DNA of 64,000 nt from the human T2T-CHM13v2.0 reference genome, Homo sapiens: the NCBI RefSeq assembly GCF_009914755.1, contig NC_060937.1; one strand, given 5' to 3'. Made by a program: the position numbers and the translations under genes. Below the pieces are notes generated by a model. It saw only the letters and a program-made list of their open reading frames with translations. It did not search any database and was not told the DNA's origin. The stretch's first letter is position 1. Every line of letters starts with the position of its first letter. Below, in pieces: positions 1 to 14,400 of this stretch.

Positions 1-610
1 AAAGTTTGAGGCATAAAACTTGTAATCTGTTGTGCAATATACAGGGTTGATTGCAAGCACTTTCCAAAATAAATTATGGTGTTTTCTAGAAAAAAAAAAA
101 CTAGTAAGAATGAAATTGTAATGATAGTTAATAAAAGGTACTGTAAGTTATTAATTTTCATCAGTCATTGCAACAATGGATGCATTCAACACTCTTCCCT
201 GAGATAGAAGTTCTCATGTTTTTATGGGGAGAGCAAGTCTGCCAGGTTCCACAATCCTCCTCATGAATATTTTCTACTTAGACAGAACATGTCAAAGGAA
301 TCAACCTACAGTCTGAAATATTTTGTTAAAAGGCTATGTCCAACAGACACTGTAGAGACTAACAAAACCATTATCTCTCAAGTGGAGTTACCCTGATGAC
401 AAAGAGAGTTAACCAACCAGTAACAACCACAGAAACCAATACACATTTTGATTAATTGAGAAAGAGAGTCACTGAGTTCCTATAACAATAGAGGATAACG
501 AGGGAACCAAGTGGGACTGCTTTCTGAAGGAACCACTACCCCTTCTCCAGTTCAGTCACCTAAGGTGCTGTCAAAGTCTTGAGATAAAGATACTGAACAA
601 TGTTCTAAAC

Positions 611-1116
611 CAGCGGTCCCCAACCTTTTTGCCACCAGAGACCAGTTTTGTGGAAGACAATTTTTCCATGGATGGGGAGGTGGGCGTGGAGGGCACGGTT
701 TCAGTGTGATTCAAGCACATTACACTTATTGTGCACTTTATTTCTATATTATTACATTATAATAGATAATGAAATATTTCTACAGCTCACAATAATGTAC
801 AATCAGTGAGAGCCCTGAGCTTATTTTCCTGCAACTAGATGGTCCCTTTTGGGAGTTATGGGAGACAGTAACACATTATCAGGCATTAGATTCTCACAGG
901 AGCGCACAACCTAGATCCCACACTTGTTCAGTTCAAAATAGGGTTTGGGATCCCATGAAAATCTAATGTCACCACTGATCTGACAGAAGGTGAAGCTCAG
1001 GAAGTAACGTGAGTAATGGGGAATGGCTGTAAATGCAGATGAAGCTTCCCTTGCTTGCCCACCACTCACCTCCTGCTGTGGGCCGAGTTCCTAACAGGCC
1101 ACGGACAGGACTCCTG
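611..1116 (-). mobile_element. MER1A non-autonomous hAT-Charlie DNA transposon
   Basis: Begins CAGCGGTCCCCAACCTTTTT and matches the reverse complement of MER1A along its length. 8-bp TSD TTCTAAAC at 603-610 and 1117-1124. The right terminal palindromic segment is shortened. Confidence 0.9.
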
Positions 1117-1899
1117 TTCTAAACCACCCTGTGCTTGGCTGAGGTGACTGTCTTCCTTACTCCTACTTGTAGTCTTATGTAAAATCTCCGTTTATCAAGG
1201 CTGTAAAGCAATATAAAGGATGAGTTCAGGAAACCGTATCTCATAATAGAAATATACTGTTGGTGATTAAAGAGTTTCTAGAACAACTGAAATGTAATTA
1301 TGGTGATGAAACTGTTACTCCAGGGAAGAATAATTGGAAAGAGTTTTTGACTAAAAAGTTTAACCCTAATAAATGAAGTTATATTCCCTGATGAAGATGA
1401 CAACAGAAAGCTAACAACCTGTATGACATCCACAAAATGGAACCCAATGCTAGCCTTTCTCTAATACTTCCTAGAGGACAGATCATTTGGTGCATTTAGT
1501 AAATATACCAGCTTGTGGATTCCTTAATTTGAAGACAAATTAAACCTCTTAGTGATGTACAAAATAGATTGAAGGGACAAGAGACTAGTCAATTAATGTC
1601 ATAATATCAAACTATTTTAATTGATGTAACTTTAACATATATTTTAATAAATAGATTAATTGTATATTAAAATTCTCATGATTATTCCCTAATGTTTATT
1701 TTACACACACTTTTTAAATTGATTATCTATTTTTCAAGAGATGCTGTTATTTGAAATTGATTATATGTTAATTAGAGAGATTGATAGCTTCACAGTATTG
1801 AGTGTTTCCATGAATGGGATATATGTCTTAAAATCTTGATTAAAGACCCTCAGTAGCATAAAAGTTTTATTTATTTAGCACTTCCAAAGTTCTTATTTT

Positions 1900-3360
1900 C
1901 CCCTAAGATGTTTTACATATATGTCTTGTTCCTGTGAGTGGAAACTCTTCTTCAGTTACATTTTTTAACTGATTTTTGGCTTATATATGACTGCTTTTTA
2001 AGTAGCCACTGTGCATACTTCTTTTTGTTTCTATTTTTTCAAATAATTGTATTTTGTCAGAAATATAAAATATTGTTGGCAAAAGGATTTTGCCTTCTTC
2101 TTTAAAAGTGTCATATTTCTCTATACTCTGTGTAGATTAATTGCATTGGTTCATACTTCCAGAAAATGTTTGAATAATAATGATAATAGTGGGCCTGCTT
2201 CTCAAGGTCGTGACTTAAGTAGAAAAGTTTTAAGATGATTTTTTGTCTGGCATATTTTCTGTCATGTTGTAGAGACAATCTGGATGTTTATTTTCAAGAT
2301 TCACTTTTTAATCATGTGTTAATGTTTAGTTTTATCAAATGCCTTATCAGCATCCATAGAAAGTATCATTTTATTGCCTTGACATTTTGTCATGTTGACA
2401 TACCTTAGTAAATTTTCTAATTTTGAACTAAACTTCTATTTCTGATATAAATCCCATTTGTTCACATTAATATTCTCTACAGTCTATTCACAGATATACT
2501 TTTTAAAATTCTTTTTTATATATGTATATCTCATTTATAAGTCTAATTTTGTGTGTGTTACTCTAATTGTAAGCTTTGGATATAAATAGAATGCTGCATT
2601 TGTAAAAAGTGATTATAGGTTCCTTTTGTCCTTCATTCACTGTGCTCTTAAAAATTTCAAATAAGGCCAGGCATGGTGGCTCATGACTGTAATCCTAGTG
2701 CTTTGGGAGGCTTAGGCAGGAGGATCACTTGAGGCCAGCAGTTTGGGACAATCTGGGAACATAGTAAGATATCTCTACACACATACAAATTTATTTTTAT
2801 TAGCCAGGCTTAGTGGCACACAACTGTAATTCCAGCTACTTGGGAGGCTAAAGTGGGAGGATCACTTCAGCCTAGGATGTCAAGGTTACAGTGAGCTATG
2901 ATTGTGCCACTGCTCTCCAGCTTGGGCAACAGGGAGAGAACTTGTCTCAAAAGAAAAAGTTTCAAATAGCATGAGGATCTGTTCTTTATATTTTTTATAA
3001 AATTAATCTACAGAGATGTTTTGTTCTATTGGGCTTTTTAATTAGCTATTGTATAACTTGTCCATTTGTTTTTGAGTAATGAATTTGGTTTTATTTTATT
3101 TTTTATTTTCTTAAACTCAGTGGCAATAAATGAATTTGTTTAGTTTCTTTTTCCATCTCTTTTGGACCAAATGTAAAAATTGTATTTTTCCAAGTAAATC
3201 ATGTGTTTATATACCTCTTTATGTTATTTACTTGAACTTAAGCAAGATGATCTCTTGACTCAATTAACATCTATTGTATTTATTATTTTGCCTCTTAGTT
3301 AATCAACTATTAAGTGCCATCTGGATTTTTTGACTATTAGTTATTTCTTTTGTTTTTCTA
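1900..3360 (-). mobile_element. Old L1 (L1M/L1ME-type) ORF2 fragments, interrupted by an Alu
   Basis: T-rich decayed antisense L1 ORF2 motifs, e.g. TTTTATCAAATGCCTTATCAGCATCCATAGA (2330-2360). Boundaries approximate. Confidence 0.55.
2665..2958 (+). mobile_element. AluJ
   Basis: Dimeric Alu with J-type GGAGGATCACTTGAGGCCAG and GAGCTATGATTGTGCC, CpG-depleted. Degenerate TSD AAA(A/G)TTTCAAATA. Confidence 0.9.
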
Positions 3361-3499
3361 AAATTATAGAAGTATTATGATCTTATTCGAGAACTTAGAA
3401 CTCTTATAAGAGAACTTCGAATAATTGGAAGGGGACAACTAATTCAATAGACTTATACTGAAAAAACAACCTTGTTAATCTGAATGTGTAGGTGATTTA

Positions 3500-3770
3500 T
3501 TAAGAATGGTGTAATTGTTTAAGTTAGAGCCCTAGATCCTTGTCCTGTGTTTCCTCTACAGAGCAAACATAGTAAGACCCATTATGAGAGTTATACCTTA
3601 GAAAAATGTATTGGATTCCTATCCTAGTATTTACAAACTCAGTGACCCAGGCCCACTCTAGTTCGTGTATTTTCACCTTTAAAAAAAAGTTAAGAATGTA
3701 TTATGTGCCTTTAGTGTTATTGTGAGGGTTAAATGATACATGTAATATGCCTTAAACAGTATTGACAAAA
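3500..3770 (+). mobile_element. MIR SINE
   Basis: Core-like GTTATTGTGAGGGTTAAATGATACATGTAATATGCCTTAAACAG at ~3716-3760. Confidence 0.6.
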
Positions 3771-4995
3771 AGTCTATGCAAAACATTTTTGGTTAAAAAA
3801 AAGGAACTACAAACAAGTGATTAAAAACTGCTTTGTATTTCAGCTAACTTTATTTTATATGTTTAAATCGTATTGTGCTTGAGTTGACTTTTATAGCAAA
3901 ATCTTCATTTGGACTAAAGCTTTAAATAAGCCTTTAATATCTAATCTGAAATACCAAGTATAAGACAAATAATTGCATATTATATATATATATAACCACA
4001 TATATTACATTTATCACTTTATTTTTGAAATTAGGCCTATATTTTGAGACTGTCCATAAAATGCACTTTTTCTTTAACCTCTAAAGATCTTGTTTAAAAA
4101 CAATAATAAATCTCTTGATTTTTCCTAGAATCTTTTCCTTTGAACAAACATTTTATCTTTGCCCCAGTCCAGTGTTCATTAACACATCAATAAGACTGTT
4201 CAGTTTATTTTCCATCTTAACATGATTAGTGGACCACTGTTTATATATTTTTCTGTTGCTTTTACTAACTATTCTTCTTGCCAATTGTCCTCTGTTTAAA
4301 GTATACACATCCTCCATCTGTTGTAACATTTTGTACCAATATCCCAGCTGTACTAACTCTATTAATTGCATAGAATTTATTGGACATCATTACTCAGAAT
4401 TAATCCTATGTGCTAGGGAAACCTGAACTACTTATGAATAAAATTGTTCTAAGTTCAATTTGTTGTAGTTAGAGTTAATTTCTAAAATCAAACATTTATG
4501 CTTTCAGTTTCCTTTGGATTGCAGTATTGACATGAATCTATTAAAGTATTTTATCCAGTCATCTTGCCAGAAATTAGCCTTTTTGTGTGAGAAAAAAAGA
4601 AGCTAACCTTTTCTTCTCTTTGAAAACAGGGCATTGGTGACCATTTTGAAATGAAGTGTATGGATTCTGGCAAAAACATGACCGAGAGTATATAGATAAG
4701 GGCTTTATTTTACAATCTGCCTCTTGTTAGAGTAAATGGCATTGGAACTGTCGTTAAACATGAGTCTTAATTTTCTACTTTGTAAATTTTTAAACTGGCA
4801 TTTTAAAAATCTTTTGCATGCCTTAGATAATGATAATTTAAATGAATTAGCATGCATCAAAGTTCTTCCACAGTGCCTGAAACTGTTTTTTTTTTTTTTT
4901 TTTTTTTGATAGAATAGAGATATTAGGCTAGCTGGCATTAGGTCTCTTTCTCTTGTATTCCTGTCTGATTCTCATGTAAACTTGACATGTAATAA

Positions 4996-5474
<479 letters not shown>

Positions 5475-6509
5475 TAGAATATTTCTTATCCAGTTATATA
5501 TAGTTAAGCTATCTCTTAACCTACTAGGAAATTATTAATCTCTTAGAACACAGAACTTTGGTGTGGATTTGAATCTTGGGTCTACTTCTACTTATTATTT
5601 GAGCACCCTTGAAGCTGCAGATTGGGGGCTGGTGCTGAGTATCAATACATGACTGTAACAGTTTGGGGGTTTAAATACAAGTACAGGAATTTGCCTCATC
5701 TAACGTAAGCAAAAACTCAACAGATCTTAATTTATTGAAAGCATGCTCTGATGCTTACATAATTAACAACAACAAAAAATGGAGAAGAGCGTTTTAAAAA
5801 CGCTCAGGAAAAGAAGGCCAGAAAACAAAAATCAGAGCAAGCACACTTAAATTCTACTGATTCCACACAAACTACTATAATAAATATGGCAGCTCACCAT
5901 TCCCTTTTTTGCATGTCACTCATTAAAGATTCAAATTCACAGGAAAGAAAGTTTGATAGACTGACTCTAAATCATGTAAGTGGCCACATGTGCCAGGAGA
6001 GAGTGAAGATCTGACTTCTCTACCTTTCTTACTGAATGTGACCACTGCCTCTAACCATGACTACACGCAATCAGGTATTGCCTAGAAGGGAGACAAATAT
6101 GCTAATAAAAGGAGCCAACAAGGACAGATGTCCACCACACTGAACTAAACCTTAATCTCTCAGAATGCAATTCAAGCATGCTTATTCTAGACAAAGTTAC
6201 TTAAGCATTTTCTTAAAATTATGATCAGGGAGTTAACAAACCCAATAGAGTCAATGGTCTAAAACACAGCGAGGCAGGATTATATTTCACTACTACCATG
6301 GACAGGAAGATATGCAAACCAGCTAGGTAACTGCAGAAGATGGTGTTCAGTCCCTTGTATATCATGATGGACATTCTTATTAACGTTCAGCTGCAGGCAG
6401 CGTAAGTGATTTGAATCACTTGTTGGGTGAAATTTTGTCTGTTCATAGCTTCCTATCAGGAAACAAAATGCCATCTGATAGTTATCCATTTAAGAGCTAT
6501 GACAGACAC

Positions 6510-6980
6510 TGTTATCTGTTTACCCAAAAGCAATTCACAGCTCACTTTGCTGTGAGATTTTGCCTCTTCTTATAGAAACTGAAAGTGTTAAAATGCTTAT
6601 ATTTTCTGCCTTCCCCTTTTCATCTAAGGGATGGACAAATGACTCAACTATTGCCAACGAAATTTCACAGACAGCGACTTAGGTGGCTTGCTGGGAAGCT
6701 TTTCTAATTAAAAAAAAAAAAATGTGGTCCAAGGGAAAATATATTTCCTCAAATTCTGTTTTGATATTGTAATCTGAAGCTGTGCTGCTTAGATTTGCTC
6801 TGACCATTCAAATTCATTAAGAGGGAAGAAAACTTAATATTAGAGAGGATAACTCAGACTTGTGGCAGCCTTGAAACCACCTCTCTCTGGAATGCTTATT
6901 AGGTGAGAAAAAGCTATTCCAATCTGAAGCCATTTTAGATATGTCCTCTGTTGCTTGCAACTAAAAACATGATAACTGAT
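6510..6980 (+). mobile_element. MLT1-family MaLR LTR (old)
   Basis: 3' end CTCTGTTGCTTGCAACTAAAAACATGATAACTGATA and typical MLT1 internal motifs. Confidence 0.6.
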
Positions 6981-7269
6981 AAATAATCTGGAAAAGGGAA
7001 GTGGGTTGGCACAATTAAGATATCCTAAAATAAGGAATTTGTGAGTAGCTGATATAAATTTGAGAGATTAAGTATCCTAGGCTGCAGAATTAGTAGACTT
7101 TATAAGGCAGTAAACATTTGAGTAAACAGTCTTCTGATATACTTTGAAGTATTGAATAGCTCTTGAATCTGTAGTATTATGAAAAATAGTAGGAAAACTA
7201 AAAATATTGGTATTTATTATCTATTTATTGGAACTTATGCTAGGTCATACAAAAGAGATACACTTAGCT

Positions 7270-7558
7270 GGCTGGGCACGGTGGCTCATGCCTGTAATCC
7301 CAGCACTTTGGGAGGCTGAAGAGGGAGGATAACCTGAGGTCGGGAGTTTGAGACCAGCCTGACCAATATGGAGAAATCCCGTCTCTACTAAAAATACGGC
7401 ATGGTGATGGGCGCCTGTAATCGCAGCTACTCAGGACGCTGAGGCGGGAGAATCACTTGAGCTCGTGAGGCGGAAGTTGCCGTGAGTCGAGATCACGCCA
7501 CTGCACTCCAGCCTGGGCAACGAGAGTGAAACTCTTTCAAAAAAAAAAAAAAAAAAAG
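7270..7558 (+). mobile_element. AluSp-like with linker deletion; tail followed by (AG)n
   Basis: Sp-type CCTGACCAATATGGAGAAA. The linker lacks AAAAATTAGCC. TSD AGAGATACACTTAGC at 7254-7268 and 7569-7583. Confidence 0.9.
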
Positions 7559-8087
7559 AGAGAGAGAGAGAGATACACTTAGCCTAAAGTTAACTAGTCT
7601 AAAAGAAAGCCAAGAAAGAAAACAGTAGAGATACTTTCTATCTCTTACCTTAACTTCCACTGTGCTAGTGAGTCTGAACTTATTTAGTATATTGGGATAT
7701 GGGCCAATCTCAATATGGCAATTGTGTCCCACTTACTTTCTGGCTTACAACTGGTCCCACTGGTGTTCAAAGCAATGTTGTCTTCCAACCTCTTGTCATG
7801 CTAGAGAAACACTCATGCTAGCCTTTTAGAAAAGATTCCTCAAAATATCTACGTATTTTTAAAGTGAATTGACACCTGTATTTAGGCTTAAAAATGGGTT
7901 TCCTTAGGAGTTAACTAAAATTTGGACCTTAAGCTCTGTCCATTATAATCCAGAAGCTAGAAACACAAAACTCAAAGTATGTTTTTAATGAAATTGTAAC
8001 AAGTGGATCTTTTAGCTTCTTGTACTCCCAAACTCCAGCCTCTCTTTTTCTCACTCCAACTGATATAGCAATAAATGTAGGCATTAC

Positions 8088-8480
8088 TGTGGCAGAAACC
8101 AGAAGGCCACTCTGGAAAACATTTTCCTATATTCACTTACCATTAGTTAGGGCTATATAATTGGGTTCTGGCTAATGGAATGTAAGCAAAACTGATGTAT
8201 ATGCTCTAGGCCTACTCATTAAAGGTTACATATTCTCTAGTCTTTTGATCTGTCACTCACATAACCAAAATCTCAGGATGCTGAGGTTGCAGAGACACCA
8301 CCTCATGGAAGGACTTCAGGGTCTTTGAGTCACTGATTACCAAAAAAGCCACCCCAAAAGCCTCCCAACCCAGTTTGAACTGTGGTGAAATTTTAAAAAT
8401 GGACTTTTATTGTATTGAGCCACTAAAATGTGGGGTTATCTGTTACAACAGCTAACAAACATTATTTTGGTTGACATCAT
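8088..8480 (+). mobile_element. MLT1-family MaLR LTR (old)
   Basis: Starts TGTGGCAGA; ends TTGTATTGAGCCACTAAAATGTGGGGTTATCTGTTACAACAGCT. Confidence 0.65.
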
Positions 8481-9516
8481 ACTTTACAGAGGTTTTGATT
8501 TAGGGCATAATCGTTTTTTATCTGTAAATAAAATTGATCATTATCTATCCCATTTCTGATACCACTTCATTTCCAAAATGTCTGTAAGTTTCCAAATACA
8601 TGTGCTCTTATTTCCACTTCTTGCTCTATTTTCTAGTTTTGCTAAATTTGATCAAATTTGTATTTTGCCTTTAGAAGATACATTATCTTCTTTTCATACC
8701 ATGTCAACTCAGTTATGAAAAACAGTTTTTCTTTAATTATTTGAGAATATTGTTCACACAACCTTTACAGAATGTGTGAGATGATGAGGGAACTACATGG
8801 CCTTTTGAGTAAACAAATATATTATAAGCATTAGGCATACTTTTCTGAAGTCTTTTGGCCCCTCTCATCTACAGGAGTTTTTCACTCACTAACATACACC
8901 TTGCCTGTTTCCACCTATTTCCGGAGTTCCCCTTCTTTCAATCCATTCTCTGTTGTCCTCAAGAAATTCCTTTTAACTTCTGCAGAAGTGTTCTCTTTGC
9001 CTAGCTTTACTTCACTCAAGATGACTGATCATCTTCATCATGAAACACATTTGTTTTGATGTGTTTATAAAAAAGGGTTACTTGCTTGACAAAAATTCTA
9101 TAAATACTACTAAAATAATATCTCTTTCTTCCCGTCACATCTTCAAAGCCTTCCCTCCATCCAAAGAGATGTACACTTTTTTCCATATATAGGTAAGAAA
9201 CCTATGGGTTGTATAACTCCAAGAGGACCAGGCCTTGGAATTTCTAATAACTATGTCACCCTTCTCTGAGGCACTCACATAGGAAATACCATTGTTTCCA
9301 ACACACCTCATATATTCTCTTGACACTGTAATACCACTTAATTCTTGAACCTATGCTTATTAACATCAAACTCTGTCATTGAAATTTTTTTTGAAGTGGG
9401 CAAATCTGATCCTGACTAACAATGAAAACATATTTTGATCAAGTTCAAGGTAGGGAGCATCCCAGATTACTCTTGAATTATACAAAGTTTGTGAGCTCTA
9501 TCTATTAGAAACAAAA

Positions 9517-9560
9517 AGAGAGACAGAGAGAGAGGGAGAGAGAGAGACAGAGAGAGAGAG
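9517..9560. repeat. Imperfect (AG)n microsatellite
   Basis: AGAGAGACAGAGAGAGAGGGAGAGAGAG run seen directly. Confidence 0.9.
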
Positions 9561-10865
9561 AAAATATATTAGAGAAGAGACAATAGAATAAAATTAGAAT
9601 GATGATTTTTGCCACTAAGTTTTACAAAACAAAAAGAAAGTTGAATCAAAATAAACCCATCAGAACTTTTCTCCTGCATGTGTTAGAATACAGTGTGTAG
9701 GGGCATGTGTAAAATGTCCTGACAGAGCCATATTACAGTTCTCTATTGGATTCTTATGTAGGCTGGCATAAAGTTACTGTTAATTGCTTGAGGGCTATAT
9801 AAGCCTTTTTATTGAGTTTATTGAAAAGAGTGTTTGAGAAATGCCTATCCAACTCTGGTGAGCTGAGTAGGTTAAATAAAGCTTAAACAAAGCTTTTTTC
9901 ATCTTAAGCATCCAAGTTACTCGGCAGTTTTGGGATCACAGTGAGAACCCGGAGAGAAGAGTCAACAAAACCAGGCCATAAAATCAGGAAGGCATTGAAT
10001 GTTTGGATTCAGGATTAGACACAGAGAAAATGGAAAGAATGACTTTAAAATGCACATTCTCTGCAACAATGTAAAACCAATTTACAAACATTTTGTTGAG
10101 ATTGCAGAAGGGAGACATTGTGAAATATTTTTAGCAAGCAAAAGATTCTTTGAACTATACTTAGTAATGTTATTTATATTTTTGTTTAGTCTAACGGCTT
10201 TATTATTTTTAAGAAACCTAATATATTTGCAAGGTTTTTACATGCTCACTTGTTATTTCTCTCTCCCTATACCTGTTTCTGAAACAAATGCAGGTTTGGT
10301 GGGCCTAAATCTTACAAAATACTGAATTCTTCTTTATTCATGTGGCCAACTGAAAACATGACTAGGACCCTTCCCAAAATCTTGCTAAATATTATTAAGT
10401 TTCTGAAAATTTTGCCTTTCTCCATTCCTTATTAACTTTCATTTTATTGACCAAGAATTCTGTTACCAGAAAGTTTATAACAAATTAAAGGTAATTTTGA
10501 GGCAAGCATATGACATTGTTCTATTTTCAGAAACTTATCATAAATATTTTGTGCTCTATCATTTCAGAATTCACCTTATATTTGGGTGCATGTTTAATGT
10601 ATATAGATCCTATTTTATATTTACCCTAGATATAACTTAATACATATCAATTCCTGGAATTATTGATCCAAAATATTTCTTGCAAGTTTTCCCTTTTTCT
10701 CCAGCTCTGATGTCCTGTTTTCTTCTTATTTTGGAGTACAATATTGTATAAATATTATATAACTTGCTTTCTCTTTTCAATATTATATTTTCTGATCTCT
10801 ATGGCCAAGTTGTTACTTTGTCAATATCAACAGATAGTAAATATTTGTTTAAAAAGCAAACTCAG

Positions 10866-11169
<304 letters not shown>

Positions 11170-11459
11170 TCAACAGTCACATGTACACCAATATTTTTAT
11201 TATTTTAAAAGTATATGTTATTAAATTGTATGATGACTGTCATTTTCCCCATATTTCTGTTTCCTTCCTTTCTTCTCATTTCATATGTACTTGCAAGTAC
11301 AGAACATTTTCTTATCAATGTATAAAACGAGTCTAGAATGCTGATTTATTTTAACAGGCGAAGTCAAAAACAACAGAAAATGCAAGCAAGAGTATATTTG
11401 CATAAAATGGGTTTATTCTTTTAAAGTCACTTAATTTTAATCATTTTACAAATCAAATT

Positions 11460-14400
11460 TTTTATTTAGTTTTTCTGGGTACATGGTAGGTGTATGTATT
11501 TATGGGGTACATGAGATACTTTGATAGAGGCATACAATGCATAATAATCATATCAGAGTAAATGGGGTATGCTTCACCTTAAGGATTTATCCTTTTTTGG
11601 GTTACACATCATCCAATTACACTATTTTAGTTATGTAAAAATGTACAATAAATTATTATTTACTCTAGTCACCCTGTTGTGCTATCAAATACTACATCGT
11701 GTTCATTCTGTCTAACTATATTTTTGTACCCATTAACCATCCCCACTCCCCCAACCCCACTGCACTTCCAGAGTCTGGTAACCATCATTCTGCTCCCTAT
11801 CTCTAGGAGTCCAGTTGTTTTAATTTTTAGCTCCCACAAATAACTGAGAACATGTGAAGTTTGTTATTCTGTGCCTGGCTTATTTCACTTAACATAATGA
11901 CATCCAGTTCTATTTATGTTGTTGCAAATGACAGATCTCACTCATTTTTATGGCTGAATAGCACTTTATTGTGTATGTGTTCCCCGTTTTCTTTATCCAT
12001 TTATCTGTTAATGGACGCTTAGGTTGCTTCCAAATCTTGGCTATTGTGAATAATGCTGCTTTAGACATGGGAGATAGCTCTTTGATATACTGATTTCCTT
12101 TTTGGGGGTATATACCTAGCAGTAGGATTCCTAGATCATATGGTAGAACTATTTGCTGTCTTTTGAGACACTCCAAACTGTTATTCATAGTGATTGTACT
12201 AATTTACATTCCCATCAACAGTGTACAAGTTACTCCACATCCTTGTCAGCATTCATTATTGCCTTTCTTTTAGACAAAAGCCATTTTAGGGTGAGATGAT
12301 ATCTCACTGTAGTTTTGATTTGCATTTCTCTGATGATTGATGATGTTGAGCACCTTTTCATATACCTGTTTGCCATTTGTATGTCTCCTTTTGAGAAATG
12401 TCTATACAGATCACTTGCCCATTTTTAATCATATTATTAGAATTTTTCCTATAGAGTTGTTTGAGCTTCTTCTATATTCTCGTTATTAAGGCCTTGTCAG
12501 ACCCATAGTTTGCAAATATTTTCTCTCATTTTGTGGATTGTCGCTTCACTTTGATGATTATTTCCTTTGCTGTACAGAAGCTTTTTAACTCGATGTGATC
12601 TAATTCGTCCATTTTTGCTTTGGTTGCCTGTGATTGTGTGGTATTACTCAAAAAATCACTGCCCAATCCAATGTCCTGGAGAGTGTCCACAATGTGTTCT
12701 TTTAGTAGTTTCATAGTTTAAGGTCTTAGATTTAAGTCTTCATTCCACCCTGATTTGATTTTTGTGTGTGGTTAGAGATAGGAAACTGGTTTCATTCTTC
12801 TGCATATGGATATCCAGCTTTCCCAGCACCATTTATTGAAGAGACTATTCTTTCCCCAATGTATGTTCTTGGCAACTTTGTCAAAAATGAGTTAGCTGTA
12901 GATGTATGGATTTGTTTCTGGTTTCTCTCTTCTGTTCCATTCATCTCTATATGTTTCTATGCCAGTATCATGCTCTTTTGATTACTATAGCTCTGTAGTA
13001 TAATTCAAACGTAGGTAATGTGATTCCTGCAATTTTGTTCTTTTTGCTCAGGATAGCTTTGGCTATTTTGTGTCTTTTGTGGTTCCATATAAATTTTAGG
13101 ATTTTTCTTTCTATTTCTGCAAAGAATGTCATTGGTATTTTGATAGGGATTGCACTGAATCTGTAGATTGCTTTGGGTAGTATGGACATATTAACAATAT
13201 TTATTCTTCCAATCCATGAACGTAGAATATCTTTCTATTTTTTATGTGCTCTTCAATTTCTTTCATCATTGCTTTATAGTGTCCATTGCAGAAATCTTTT
13301 ACTTCTTTGGTTAAGTTAATTCCTAGGTATTTAATTTTATTTTTAGCTATTGTAAATGGGATTACTTTCTTGATTTTTTTTTTCATATTGTTTGCTGTTG
13401 GCACATGGAGATGTTACTGATTTTTGTATGTTGATTTTTTATCCTGCAACTTTACTAAATTTGTTGATCAGTTCTAATAGGTTTTGGTAGAGTCTTCAGG
13501 TTCTTGTAAATATGAGATCATATATATCATCTACAAAGAAGGATACTTTGACTTTTTCCTTCCCAATTTGGATGACTTCTTTCTCTTGTTTGATTGCTGT
13601 AGCTAGGACTTCCAGTACTATGTTGAATAACAGTGGTGAAAGTGGGTATCCTTGTCTTGTTCCAGATCTTAAAGGAGGGGGTTTCCATTTCTCTCCATTC
13701 AGTATGATACTAGCTGTGGGTCTGTCATATATGATTTTTATTGTATTGAGGTATGTTCCTTCTAAATATAATATATCACCTGTGAAATGGACTATTATAT
13801 TTCCTCCTTTCAATTTGGATGCCTCTTATTTCTTTCTCTTGCCTGATTGCTGGCTAGAATTTCCAGTAATGTGCTCAATAGGAGTGGTGAAAGTGAGCAT
13901 CCTTGTCTTGCTCCAGTTCTTGGGGGTGGAGGGATATTTTAAACATTTCTCTATTCAGTATGATATTGCCTATGGGTTTGTCATATATGGCCTTTATTAA
14001 ATTGAGGTATGTTTCTTCTAAGTTTAGTTTGTTGAGAATGTTTATCGCGAAGAGATGCTGAATTTTATTGAGTACTTTTTCTGCATCTATTGCAATGATC
14101 AGATAATTTTTATCCTTCATTCTGTTAATGTGAAGTATCAAATTTATTGATTTGCATCTGCTAAACCAATCTTGCATCCCTGGTATAAATCCTACCTGAT
14201 CATTGCATAGTATCTTTTTGATGTGCTGTTGGATTAAATTTGCTAGTATTTTGTGGAGGATTTTCACATCAATGTTCATCAGGGATATTGGCCTGTAGTT
14301 TTATTTTTTGATGTGCCTTTGTCCGATTTGTGTATCACTGTAATACTGACACTGTAGAATGAGTTTGGAACTATTCTCTCCTCCTCTATTTTTCAGAATA

